Shown: positions 1 through 12,900 of the stretch, in pieces | How the letters are laid out: each line of letters starts with the position of its first letter | How positions within the stretch are numbered: position 1 is the stretch's first letter | Assembly: GCA_964016885.1 (NCBI GenBank) | Contig: OZ024740.1 | Location: 208,878,001 to 208,942,000 of the forward strand | DNA length: 64,000 nt | Reading direction: 5' to 3' | Origin: Eledone cirrhosa | Taxonomy: Eukaryota | Translations under genes and position numbers: made by a program | The notes under the pieces: model-generated | Seen by the model: only the letters and a program-made list of their open reading frames with translations | Database searches by the model: none | Told to the model about the DNA's origin: nothing

Positions 1-877
1 ACTTTATATAGTGTACTGGGTGCATTTTGTCATGTCAACAACACTAGAGAGGCTGTCATGCTCTTGACAAAACTGAAGATTCCTCTTGGCCCTTTTTTGG
101 CATGGTTTCTATTACCAACCACCTACAAGGTGTACTGGGTGCATTGTTCATGGCACCAGCACTAAAGTAGCTGATGTATCATGTCTGAAGGGTCCTCTCA
201 ACCCTGGGTGTATCTCATTGAGAACCAGCAGTAAGGAGGCTGTTGGTCATTGACTCGACTGAAGCACATACTCATTCCATCTCCTTCCAGCCCACCTAGG
301 TCCTGCAGTTCCCAAAATTGGATATTTGCATGAAAATCATTTATCACTGTAGGAGGTAAGGGGTGTACTTATGATTCTTTTCGTGAGTGGGAGGTTTACT
401 CAAAGCAGAGGCCTGACCCAAATGCTTGCAATTGAGCTAGCTCTGCTAATGGCACCTAAGAGCTAGGTGATCATGTTGAACTGGGCAATCAATTTAAAAA
501 GATAATAAATGTACAAACTTGACAAAATCTATGATAGTGTTTCTAAAGAACTCAAGTTAAAGCAGTGATGTAAAACAATTGCTGGTTCATGCAGAAAAGG
601 ATTTAAATAACTAGTAAACAAGTGTGTAATAGAAGAGAACTCTGGATCAGTGCAGTATAGGCAAACATTGTCATGACTAGAATATCAAGGGGAGGGGTTC
701 AAAGTGTTAAACTTTTCTTGGTGAATATTTTATTTAAAGTGAAATATTTACTGTTCAAAGACATGCATGCAAGTATGCAAATTTTGTGAATTCTAAATAT
801 CTTTTTTTTAATATAATGCACACACAAACACACACATTATCATTTGTAAAATATAATGATGTTTATATATATTTCAG

Positions 878-943
878 AAACAAGTACAGAAACTTATTCC
901 TCCTGTGATAGATGTTGTAAAGAAATTGCTTTCTAAAAATCAA
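878..943 (+). CDS. IPO4: IPO4 exon ([22 protein letters not shown])
   Basis: tttcag|...|gtatgt, 66 nt, phase 0/0. Confidence 0.8.
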
Positions 944-3900
944 GTATGTTTTATTTGATAAATTGTTTTTGTTTGTTTGTAACTGTTCACTCTAATATTA
1001 TCAATTCTCAAATAGATGAACATCATATCCTAATTATTAACCCCTTTGTAACCATATTTCAAATAAAAGATGCTGCCCATAATTTAAAAATAATTTTTGG
1101 AAATAATCAAGAATTTGGAGGTATTTAGTAATATAGCCACAAACAGGTTAAAGCTGTGGTTTGTGTAAGATGAATATAAAATCTTTTGCTTCTGTTTTAT
1201 ATAGTGGCTTAATGTCATCTAATTTAGGTTCAATTCATATTGACGTAACTGGATCATTTAAACCTGATTGTTTTAAAAAAATTGTTACTGTTCAGTTGTC
1301 GAAGGAAGGGCAGAGCCCATGAACATTTTCAGGGTTTTGAGGATTGTTGGGAGGGGGAAAGTATCTGCACATTGAAGACTTGGTCCGAATTCTTCTAACA
1401 GTACGGGTTCCACTAAAGGCCCCCAAAGACTCTCTCTCCTCTCCACATGAGTCTGTTATCTTTTTAATCATGGGGCATTTTCATATAATTAATACAATAT
1501 TTCCTTCTGTTTTTCAATCCTTTTTCTTTATTTTCTAGGAATGGGCATGTGAATGTATGGAATTATTTGACAGCCTGCTTGAATTTGAAGTAGCAATTGT
1601 TGTCCCTTATTTAAAAAATCTTGTACAACTTTGTTTAGAGGTGAGAACAAGAACAGCCAAACAATTTATTCAACTGTTTTCTTTTATTTGGCTAAAAGTG
1701 TAACAGCTTATCTACTTCGTTATGTGTGAAACATTGACTGCTGGATACATAGATTAATGATTAACAATTGGCCCTTTCCATTCTGAGTTCAAATCCCGCC
1801 GAGGTCAACGTTGCCTTTCATCCTTACGGGGTTGATAAAATAAAGTACCAGTAATGTACTGGGTAATTGCTGGCCTTGTGCCAAAAGAGAAACAATTACT
1901 CATAAGGGCAGTGGATTAGCAGTATCAGTAGAGCGTCAGACACTATGCTTTGTTTCACTTATGTTTTGAGTTCAAATAACGTCAAGGTTAGTTTTGCCTT
2001 TCATTTTTACGGGTCAATAAAATAAAGTACCAATAATATACTGGGGTCAATTTAATTAACTTTCCCCATCCCCACAATTGTACCTAAATCAGAAATCATT
2101 AATTACTTATCTCTTCAGTGAAATTAACAATAAAATCACTTAAAGCCAGCCCACTGACTTTATTCAATATATGATGTTGCATACAAAAATTCATTGTTTT
2201 CTTCATCAGTTTTTGGTTAGCACAATCTTTGTATTATTTTCATTGTTCTAATTCATTTGTATTTATTGTGTGTTAAATTTCTGAGCCTGCTGTGTGTGGC
2301 TTACAAATATCTTTATCAGCATAATTAAATAATAGTTTGATTTAGGCACAAGGCCAACAATTTGGGGAGGGGAAAGTCGATTACCTCGACTCCAGTGCAT
2401 TATTGGTACTTTATTTTATCGACGCCTTAAGGATGAAAGACAAAGCTAATCGGTGTGATTTAAACAAACATAAAGGGCCGTAACTCTGTCGCGCAGCATG
2501 GTGTCCCATGTTCTATCAATGTTATGGTATTAAGAAATATTTTCTCTTTTAATTATTCTTTGTATCACAGGTGTAAAACATTTTATTCTATGTTAAATAC
2601 CTATAATGAAAATTATTACAGTAATTAAAAAAACTAATTGGTTTTCATAGCCTTGTATAATAATTAATTTTTTTTTTCTATTCATTTTGGTCTGCCTCTT
2701 ACAACATTGGGGGACTCAATGTACCTATTCTACACTGGATGCACACAGTAAATTTGCTTATATGTGTACATGATGTACAAAGTTAAATCTTCATCTTCTG
2801 GGAGTATTTTTGGTCTTAAATCATCCTCACAATTTTTTTTATAGATAATCCCGAGGAAAGATCTGGAAAATATGATTAGGGTGAAAGCAATGAGCACCAT
2901 TAAGCTCCTTATAACCTTGAAGAAGAAGGTAAGATGCTTACTTTAAAAGTTGGATGTATTTACTTATTCGCAAACCAAAGAGGAAAGAAACTCTACTCCA
3001 CCACTCAATCTACTAGAATTAGTGGCCAAAACATTTTCAAATCGCACTTTATGGTCTTAAAGTAGATTGGTATACACCAATTTTGTTTTTAGTTTTGCCT
3101 GTGACTCATCATATAAATATTTTAAAACATCTTGAAGTCATCACCTGTTGCCAACACTTGATGTAACTATGCCTGAGAATAAAATGGTCTTGGCTGGAAT
3201 ACCTTTGATTATAGGTTTATTCAATTAGAACAGACATAGGGCTAAACATTTATTTAGCTGTTGCAGACAAGAGAAAATTGAGTTTATCAACCAGTTATGT
3301 ATAGCTTCATTCTTGCCTGTTCTTCAATTTGTTACACTTCTCTTCCTTTCCTTTTCTCATGCTGTAACATATCTTTAATAGTCCGTGTTATATGGTTATA
3401 TTGTATCACACAAGAGATATCCAACCTAGATATACATAGTTTTAGCTTAGTGAAATCAGAACTTGATAACATTCAGCCTCAAGTATCTTAATACAGAATT
3501 GAGATGTGTGGAACAAGGAACGCTTCATTCAGACTTATCCAACCCATAGGGATTTTGAAGATATAAGCGAGATGTGGACCCCCAGCTTGTCTGGGAAGTC
3601 AGTAGTCCTGCTTCAGTATTGAGTTTGTAAAGACCGGTCCAAATCTTGCTAGCAAGGAAAGTGGATGCTAAATGATGGTGGTGGTGGTGGTGATGATGAG
3701 GATGATGATGAACCTTTCTTATGAATTTAGGGTATGCATCATTTGATTTCTAGTCGTAGTTACAAAGGTGTACACCTACTTTATATTATTTGTACTGTTT
3801 AGTCAGGCAGGAAAGGGCAATGCTCATGGCGCTTTTCAGAGCCTCTGAGATTGGTTGGAGGGAAAAGAGGTCACCTCAAATTGGAGACCTGCCCGAAATT

Positions 3901-6900
3901 TTTGCACACAGATGGGACTCTGTTATATTTGCCCAAGGACCAGGTGGTGGCGTTAAACTGGGTGAAGGGTCAAGTCAACCACCCAAGTTTACTGGTTTAG
4001 CCCCTTAGCATTTAAACTGGCTGTACCTGGCCAGAATCCTCTCACTTCTTTCTGTTCAAACTGGCCATAACTGGCTGCTCATACTTATGTTCAAGTATTG
4101 TTCTCAAAATAAATATCAAAATCTCATAGATTCAATATTATGTGAGATAATTATGTAAAATAAAGCCTTTACTGTGAAAATAAAATAGTAAATATAGAGT
4201 AATATAAAAGCTAAAGGGTTGAAGGCTGAAGCTAAAGACTAGAACTGCTTCTTTTTCCAGCTGTCTTCAGAATCACTAAAAGATATGAAGTGTATGGGGG
4301 CTATAGCTATTTGTTTAAACCTCTGTTTATTTATTTTAGACTTTATTGGCCATAAAATGTGTGATCATTATATTTCTGTTTTTTAGTAGTTTATTTCATC
4401 AAGTATTACATTGTATGCCTATGTATGCTCATTCACTCTATCTTTATTTTACTGTTTTTTCATTGATACAAATGAATAGATTATCAGTGTACAGGTCCTA
4501 GTTGTTGATTGAAAAGTTCATTAATCATCATTATTTAAGTTTATCTCTGCCTCTATATGCTGGCATTAGTTAAACAAGATTAATTTTATATACTTTTGGC
4601 AATAATCTAACCGAATGACCTTCCTGTTGCTGACCTTATTTGTGTTTTTTTTAAGTAAGGTAACCAACAGGTTGGGGGGGGGGGGACCCTTCAGTTGTGT
4701 CAAGGACATGACAACCTCCCTAGTGTTGGTGATCTACATGATAAACGCACTCAATACACATTGTAAGGTGGTTGGTGATAGAAAGAGTATCCAGTCATAG
4801 AAAGCTTGCCAAACAAAGGATTGGGGGGACCCTTCAGTTGTATCTAAGACATGACCTCTCTTGTGCTGGTGCCACAATAAAATGCACTTGGTAGAACAAG
4901 GAATATATGTAAGCGAGGTGTGGACCCCTGACCTGACTGAGTGGTTAATAGTACTGACTTGGTCTGTGAAGACCTGTCCAACCCTTGCTAGCAGGGAAAG
5001 TGAATGTTAAATGATGATGATGTTACTGATCTTCACATGTAAACAAACATCACTGGTTGCTCAACTGGCATCAATATGAAGTAAAGACACACATGTAGCC
5101 ATGCCTTTGCATAATAACTATTAAAGAGAAATGAAGAAGGGAATATAGCTATATATGTTTAAGCCCCTTTTGTACTATATTGCCTATGGTTTTCAAACTA
5201 TTTTGAAAACATTCAAGAATGTAGAAGGATTTAATAATATAACAAAATTTCTCATTAATAAGCTGGTGTCTGGAACATAACTTAACAAAATTTCTTACAT
5301 AAAATTATGATAGGTTTTTATATAAATATAAACACTTTAAAATATACACTTTTGTGTTGTAGAATCAGGGGCAGTTTTGTATTAAAAGGGTTAAATGGGA
5401 AAATAACTACCATGATGCAATAATATTTCAACAGTTCATCTAAAAACAATTTTTATCTATTTCAGGCTATTCTGAAAAAGAATTTCAATGTATTGATTAT
5501 GAATGTAATATTTGAAGAGGTTTGTTCTGAAACTGATGATGAGTTTGATCTGTCGGAAGAAAATGATGAAGAAGCAGACACACCGACCAGATATGCTGCA
5601 CAGGTTTGTTCATACAGTTTATCCTGTTGTTGTTTACCTACCTATTGAGAAACTGGGGCACTTTATAGGGGTCAGCACATAATGTGTGTAAGATTACTTG
5701 TAAAATTTTCATTCCTTTCTGGTTTTAGAAATCTTATTGTTTATAGAGGAAAGATTAGATGGTTTTAGTTTACTATTTCATTTGTGAGATTTAATTTTTT
5801 AAAGATAATTGATAATTGCTATATGGTTGACTATATTAGGTGTAGTAGAGAAAGACAGTTTAACATTATTTCTATTTATTACTTTCGATTGCAAGGCACA
5901 TGGCTTAGTGGTTAGAGCATTGGCCTTGCAATCGAAAGGTTGCGAGTTCAATTCTCAGACCGGGTGATGTGTTGTTTCCTTGAGCAAGACACTTTATTTC
6001 ACATTGCTCCAGTTTACTCAGCTGTAGAAATGAGATGATAGGACTGGGGTCCCTATCATTCCACTGCAAAGTGGTCGTGGAGGTGCCACGGCAAAAAAGC
6101 CCCCAGCACTCACTGTAAATGAGGTTGGTGTTAGGAAGGGCATCCAGCTGTAGAAATCGAGCCAGAATCGGTTCTCGTCCCACCCTTGCAATCGGGGAAA
6201 AGCGGACGTAAAATTATGATGATGATGATGATGATGATGATCTATGGTTAGGTGGGAAGTTTTTCTCCAGAATACTAAAAAGAATGTTTGGTATGTTCAA
6301 GGCTATCTGAACTCCAAGTGGAGGATTAAACCAAAGGCATTTTTCCTTCTTAATCTTTTATTTTTGTTGTTACTATTTGTATTATTGTTTAAATATTTTA
6401 CTTGTGCAAGTTTTGTTATCAAGTTTGTTTTGGGATTAATGTTTTTAATATTCTTAGCTGGTTTGTACAATATATTATTTTTATTATTGTTTATATCTTT
6501 GTTTGTCATTACAATTATTCTGAGATGTGCATTTATGTGTAAACTTTATTATAGCCCCTCTTTTCTGTAACTTTATACTTTATTTGGTCCTTGTTACCTG
6601 ATCTCTATAGGACCTCATTATAATTTGCATTTTGATTAAAAACTTCCACATTAGCTGATAGTGTAGTTATTCTATTTGAAATATTATTAACTATTGCTTT
6701 CTTAATACTAGCAGAAAAACCACCCTTTGGGTAGTTTTCTGCTAGCATGTGCAGTGTGCATATTGATATTATACGCAAATATATATACATATAGATATGA
6801 TAATCAAATGAAATCGTAATTGACAATATCCACAGAAATAGAAGAGGATCTGTGTTACACTGATTTATGTAATCAGTAAACCATGATACATTAAAAAAAG

Positions 6901-9900
6901 ACAATATTATATAAACTGCATTAAGAAAAAAATTAGTGACGGAAATATATGAATGTTTATATATGCGATCGCTAACCAGAAGTGTTGACATTTGAAAATT
7001 TTAAAGAAGTGAATCTTAAAATAAGCAACAAAATTATTTATATTTAATCAAGAATTATGAAATTTAGCAGCTAAATTATTCATTCATTATTTATTCAAGG
7101 ATTGGCAGTATCAGTAGAGGGTCGGACGCCACGCTTTCCAGCATAGTTACGTCCCTTTACGATCTGAGTTCAAATCCCGCCGAGGTTGACTTTGCCTTTC
7201 ATCCTTACGGGGTCGATAAAATAAAGTACCAGTAATGCACTGGGTAATTGCTGGCCTTGTACCTAAAGTAGAAACAATTATTTATTCAAAGTAATCCAAC
7301 TTATTTTACAAACAGGATAAAAAAAATATATTCTGGATGCTATCCAGCACTCCTTTCCCTATTATAGTTAAAATTACAGTGGTTAGAAAAATGATGTATA
7401 TAGTAAAGATATTCACCAGGTTTATGGTAAGGCTGGAATGTATAGTTTTACCTCTAAAAGTTAATTATACTCTCATTATTTTCAATAGTAATACTTAAGT
7501 CATTCTTTAAAAATATATGCATACTTTTTCTTTCTCTCTCTCTAAAGCTGCGTTACTCTTTTACCTGTTCCAGCCATGCTGGGGCACCGCCCTTGAGTTA
7601 GCATAATTTTCAAATGTGAAGAGAGCGTTGTCTCTAATACCCCTCCTCCTCCATAGCAGGAAAACTAGCTTTTAGTTTAGTAAAAAGAAATAGTCCAACT
7701 AGGTCTGTAACTTGGGCCGAGTCACTGGATCCCATAGTGACATCAAAATTAAGCCTTTTTTTTTAACCTTCCCTTTCTAGTCCATAAGTTTCAATAATAG
7801 TTTGTTTAGCAGCTAAAATAGTCTCAATTTCTATTTGCTTATATTAGTAAGGTCAGTAGCAAAAGACAATATTTTATCTAGAAGGGAAGGAGAGATTGAA
7901 GCCTAATTTGTGAAACTATTCTATCTTATTTTCTTACTAATTTTACCTATATCAGACGTTGATGGACATAATAATCTTATGGTAGGGTTATTTTGAAAGT
8001 CTTTTTTATGGTCTTTAAGATTAAACCTAGGTGTTTTAAGAGTGTAAGGTTCTGTATACTTTTCTAGGCTAAACTGTTTAGCAATAAGTTTATCCTGCCT
8101 ATTGATATCATCTAAGTTAGTTGGGTATATGTAAATGTATGGGTCAATATTTTGTGTTTGTCTTTATATTTATGTATTAATGTAAAATTATCAATATGGT
8201 ATAAATTTATATATAAATCTATATATGTATATAACTATTTGTTGTGTATGTATTTTTTTCTTAGATTTGTGTGTATATATGTATGTATATATATGTTTGT
8301 GTATGTATGACTAGATGGATGTACATATTTGTATGTGTATAGATATATATTTTTTAATATATTTAATTGTAGTTGTGTATGTACATATACATGTTATGTA
8401 TATATGGGTGTATGTATACGTATTTGTGTACTTATCTGTGCAGGTATATCAATTTTTTATATCAAGGCAATGGTCAGCTTAAGTAAAAGAGACCAAGGTG
8501 ATGCACAGCCATGCCTGTGCCTAAATGTATTGGCTTAATTTTTTTTAATATATATATCATCATCATTATCATCGTTTAACGTCTATCTTCCACGCTAGCA
8601 TGGGTTAGACGGGAGTTGTCCCAATTTGAGGCAAAGTTGGCCGGGTGACCGTATCTGGCAGGTTTTCTACGGCTGGATGCCCTTAACACCAACCACATTT
8701 ACAGTGTGGACTGGGAACTTTTTACCATGTTACCTACACATCCACATTAGTGTGGACTGTGTTGTTTTTTTGTTGTTGTGACACCTACACGATCTCGATC
8801 TCATTACCTCATTTATTTGGACTGGATGTTGTGGTACCAACTTTACAGAGAAAGGGTGATGTTGGTGGGAGTGGGAGGATGGAGTAGGGGTAGTGGATTG
8901 GGGTGTATATTTGGTTAAGAGGTGCCTACTGACTGTAGGTTTCGCTTTGTACATAGGTAAGGCGGGTCTTCTGTATTATATATATCAACATCATCATTGT
9001 TTAATGTCTATCTTCCACACTAGCATGGGTTTAGATGGGAATTGTCCCACTTGAGGCAAGATTGGTTGTCTTGCTCTTATAGGACTGTTTGACAGGTTTT
9101 CTACGGCTGGATGCCCTTATATATATATATATATATTTATTAGAATGATCGAGTATCGAAAAATCGGCGCACGAGTTCACGATAAACAAAATTCGAAATG
9201 AGCGGCAGAGGGTTCCTGTTTTTCTTGAGTACATAACTCAACTTTGTAGTAAATTGTGTTCGTATTAAAAATTGACGTTGTATTTATTCAAAATTGACAT
9301 TCTCTAATGTAAACATTTGCCGTTGGGCTAAATCTGAAATCGATATGATTCTAAGAGGTAAAAAGTTCCTTATATTCTCTTTTTATTAATTCTGATGATT
9401 CTGGTCTTTTATTCATATAATTGATTACGTAATAATTAATGTCTGCTTAAGATTTGGAAGAAACTTGTGTTAATTTATTAAAATGTAATATAATTAACCG
9501 TTTTTGTCTTATTTATCTTTATAAAAACTAGCAGAAAAACCACTCTTCGGGTGGTTTTCTGCTAACATGTGTAGTGTGCATATTGATATTATACGCAAGT
9601 ATATATGCATGTAGATATGATATATCAAATAAAATTGTAATTGACAATATACACAGAAATTGAATGAAGACTGTGTTACACTGTCTTATGTAATCAGTAA
9701 CATAATCCATGATACATTAAAAAAAGACGATATTATATATAAATTGCATTAGGAGAAAATTAGTGACAGAAATATCTGAATGTTTATTTAAGCGATTGCT
9801 AATCGGAAGTGTTGACATTAGAAAATTTTAAAGAAGTTAATCTTAAAATAAGCAACAAAATTATTTATATTTAATCAAGAATAACGAAATTTAGTAGATA

Positions 9901-12900
9901 AATTATGTAATATTCATGCATTATTTATTCAAAGTAATCCAACTTATTTTACAAACGGGGTAAAAAAATATATTCTGGACACAGTCCTGCACTCCTTACT
10001 TTATTATAGTTTAGATAAAGTTTACTATTTTTTTTTCCTTCAGGTTATTGATACTTTGGCTTTACATTTGCCACCAGAAAAAGTTATTTCCAAGCTGGTA
10101 AGTTATTTAAATAATATCATAAACTGTTTTTCTCTTTCTTAGCTCTAAAAGACAGTTAATTTTTTTTTTGTCCAGATATCTTTACATAGGAGCAATAATT
10201 GTTGACTGTATGTACTCCCTACTACTAATCACTCAACTGTGATGTAGGAGTGAAACTTGTTTTTATTCATTAATGCAAACTGAAGCAACCACAGTTGTAT
10301 TACCTTGCTCAGGGTCACAGCAAAAATTGTAGTTTCCACCTACCAATTTTACTTCCTTATAAGGAAATGGTCAGCTTTAGTAAAAGAGACCAAGGTGACG
10401 CACAGCCATGCCTGTGCCTAAATGTATTGGTTTAATTGTTTTAATATGTATTTTCAAAACATTCTGTTTTAACAAAAGAAAAATCTTATTTTTTCAGCTT
10501 CCCCTGGTTGAGGATGCTTTGAAAAGCCCAGATAAATTCCGTCGAAGAGCAGCTTATACAAGTCTTGCTATGATTGCCGAAGGTTGCAGCGAATATATTA
10601 TTAACAAGTAAGTTTGCAATTGAAAGGTTGAGAGTTCAATTCTCAGACCGGGTGATGTTGTTTCCTTGAGCAAGACACTTTATTTCACATTGCTCCAGTT
10701 TACTCAGCTGTAGAAATGAGATGATAGGGACTCCATTCCACTGCAAAGTGGACATGTAGGCACCACGGAAAAAAAGCACCCAGCACTCACTGTAAATGAG
10801 GTTGGTGTTAGGAAGGGCATCAAGCTAGAATCAGTTCGTGTCCAACCCTTGCAAGCAGGGAAAAGCGGATGTAAAATGTACTTGAAAGAGTAGTAAAATA
10901 ATTAACTTTCATTATGAAGCTGGTGTTTAGAATGCAGCTTAATAAAAAAAGTTCTCACATAAAATTATGGTAGATTTTAACTTACTGTATATACTTGAAT
11001 ACAAGCTGAGTAATATATGTGACCAAAACATCGGTGGAGGGGGTCAGCTTATATTCAGGGTCAATATTTCAACAATTTTCACCAACTTCTAATTTTACAT
11101 AAATAAGGTTTGGGTTTTGGCCCATTTCTCAGACATAAAATAGTGAGGGTCGACTTATATTTGAGTATATACGGTAAATATGAATGCTTTAAAACTGGCT
11201 GGTTTGTATCAGAGAAGCAGGGCAGTTCCTGGTGGGTTGGTAAAGAAATGTTTAAATGAGGTAATTGATGTAGAGAGAGAATTTATTGAATTTTATTAAG
11301 ATGCCTTATTTCACAGAACACATGCTGGTGTAAAAGAAGGCACACATATACACATATATCTAAATATGACTATTTCTACATTTCTGTATCGGTAATCATT
11401 TGAAAATATGCTCATTTAATCCTATTTGCCTTTTCTACTTTCTCTAGGTTTTCCCAACAATGCACTAAAAATTATTTTTTATTGACTTTTGATAAAACAA
11501 TTTTTGTAAATCAAGCCACATTTCTATTTTTTACAAAATGCATCAAAATAGTCTCTTCTGAAATTGTCTTTAATTTATATTTGTTTTCCATGCTGGTATG
11601 TGTTGAACTAGTTGCTTTGTTCTGAAACTAGACAAATTGGAGAACCATATCTTGCTTGTACATTCCAATTTTAGCATAGCTTCTACAGCTGGATGCCTTT
11701 CCTAACACCCACTGCATTACAGAGTGTACTGGGTGCATTTTATCAGGCTCCTGCTCAGGAAAGATTGTCTGCAATAGAACTAGTCCTCCAAAACCTACGT
11801 ACATACATATCTGAATAATTGCATATGATAGTGTAATGAAAATGATGTTATTGTATACATTGTTGAATCTATAGGGGCCTTCATATGTTACTGCAGACAT
11901 TGTTGGATTTATAGGGAAAATTAAGTGGGCTTCAGATATTTTAATTTTTGTTGTCACATGATAATTTCCAGTTTATTGTTATTCTATTCTTTTGTTTTGT
12001 TTTGTTTTTAGCCATCTTCAGTCATTTGTTAGTTGTGTTTGCCAAGGAATGGAAGATAATGAAGGTTGTGTAAAAAATGCAGCCTTTTTTGCACTTGGGA
12101 GGTTTGCTGAATACCTTCAGGTAAGAAGGATGATCCAAGATTATCATTTTATTTGTCAAAAAACTGAGAAATAGAATTTGAAAATTTATCTTTAAATTTT
12201 CAGATATTAGATTTGTTAGAAGTTAGTCAAATTTGAAATATGTTTCTTGTTGAGATAATTTGAATTGATCTTTCATCATTTAATTGTAGGTTTAGTCAAG
12301 GAGGGGGGAAAACAGTGTCTCTAATCCTTTTCAGAGCTTCCAAAACTGGTGGGAGGGAGGAAAGATGTATCTTCAAACAGGAGACCTGGCCTAAACTCTT
12401 GCAACAGAGTGGGCTCTACTGAAGGTATCCAAATAGGCTGATGTACAAAGAACCAGGACAATAGCTGCAAGGCATCCTATCCAAAGCCATGATTCACAAC
12501 AGTCTGCTGTCCTAAACTGATACTTTATTTTATTGACCCAAGAAGTATGAAAGGCAAAGTTAACCAGGCTTGCTTTTCAGTGTGAACATTGCTCCAATAT
12601 TCTTTTATTATTTTACTAGTTTGTCATTGAACTGCAGCTCTGCTGGGGCATTGCCTTCAAGGGTTTAGTCAATCGAATCAACCCTAGTATTTATTTCAGT
12701 CTGGTGTTTAGGTTATCAATCTCTGTTTGCCAAGCTGCTAAGTTACAAGACAAAGGAGGATAGACATAAACAATTTGGTTTTTTAGATACTCACACACAG
12801 ATATGAGTGTCTGTCTACCAAATTCCACTTACAAGGTAATGGTTTCCCAACCTTTTTTCAGCCAGCGCCCCCTTTAAGTGCAAACTTTTTTGTCAAAATA

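Larger units (their letters stand above)
6243..8130 (-). mobile_element. Degenerate Penelope-like element RT fragment, interrupted by a Helitron
   Basis: Minus-strand peptides [53 protein letters not shown]...[16 protein letters not shown] and WFNPP. Confidence 0.8.

Noticed and set aside
5895-5970. tRNA gene
   Set aside because: A/B boxes run straight into the SINE core and no acceptor stem is evident
6605-6991. Repeated small protein family (ORFs at 6605, 9528, 25480)
   Set aside because: Chance ORFs in non-coding Helitron copies; start and stop positions are not conserved
8463-10448. Duplicated ~85-bp segment (8463-8550 and 10361-10448) as an intronic snoRNA
   Set aside because: No convincing C/D or H/ACA boxes; part of it resembles a reversed SINE head
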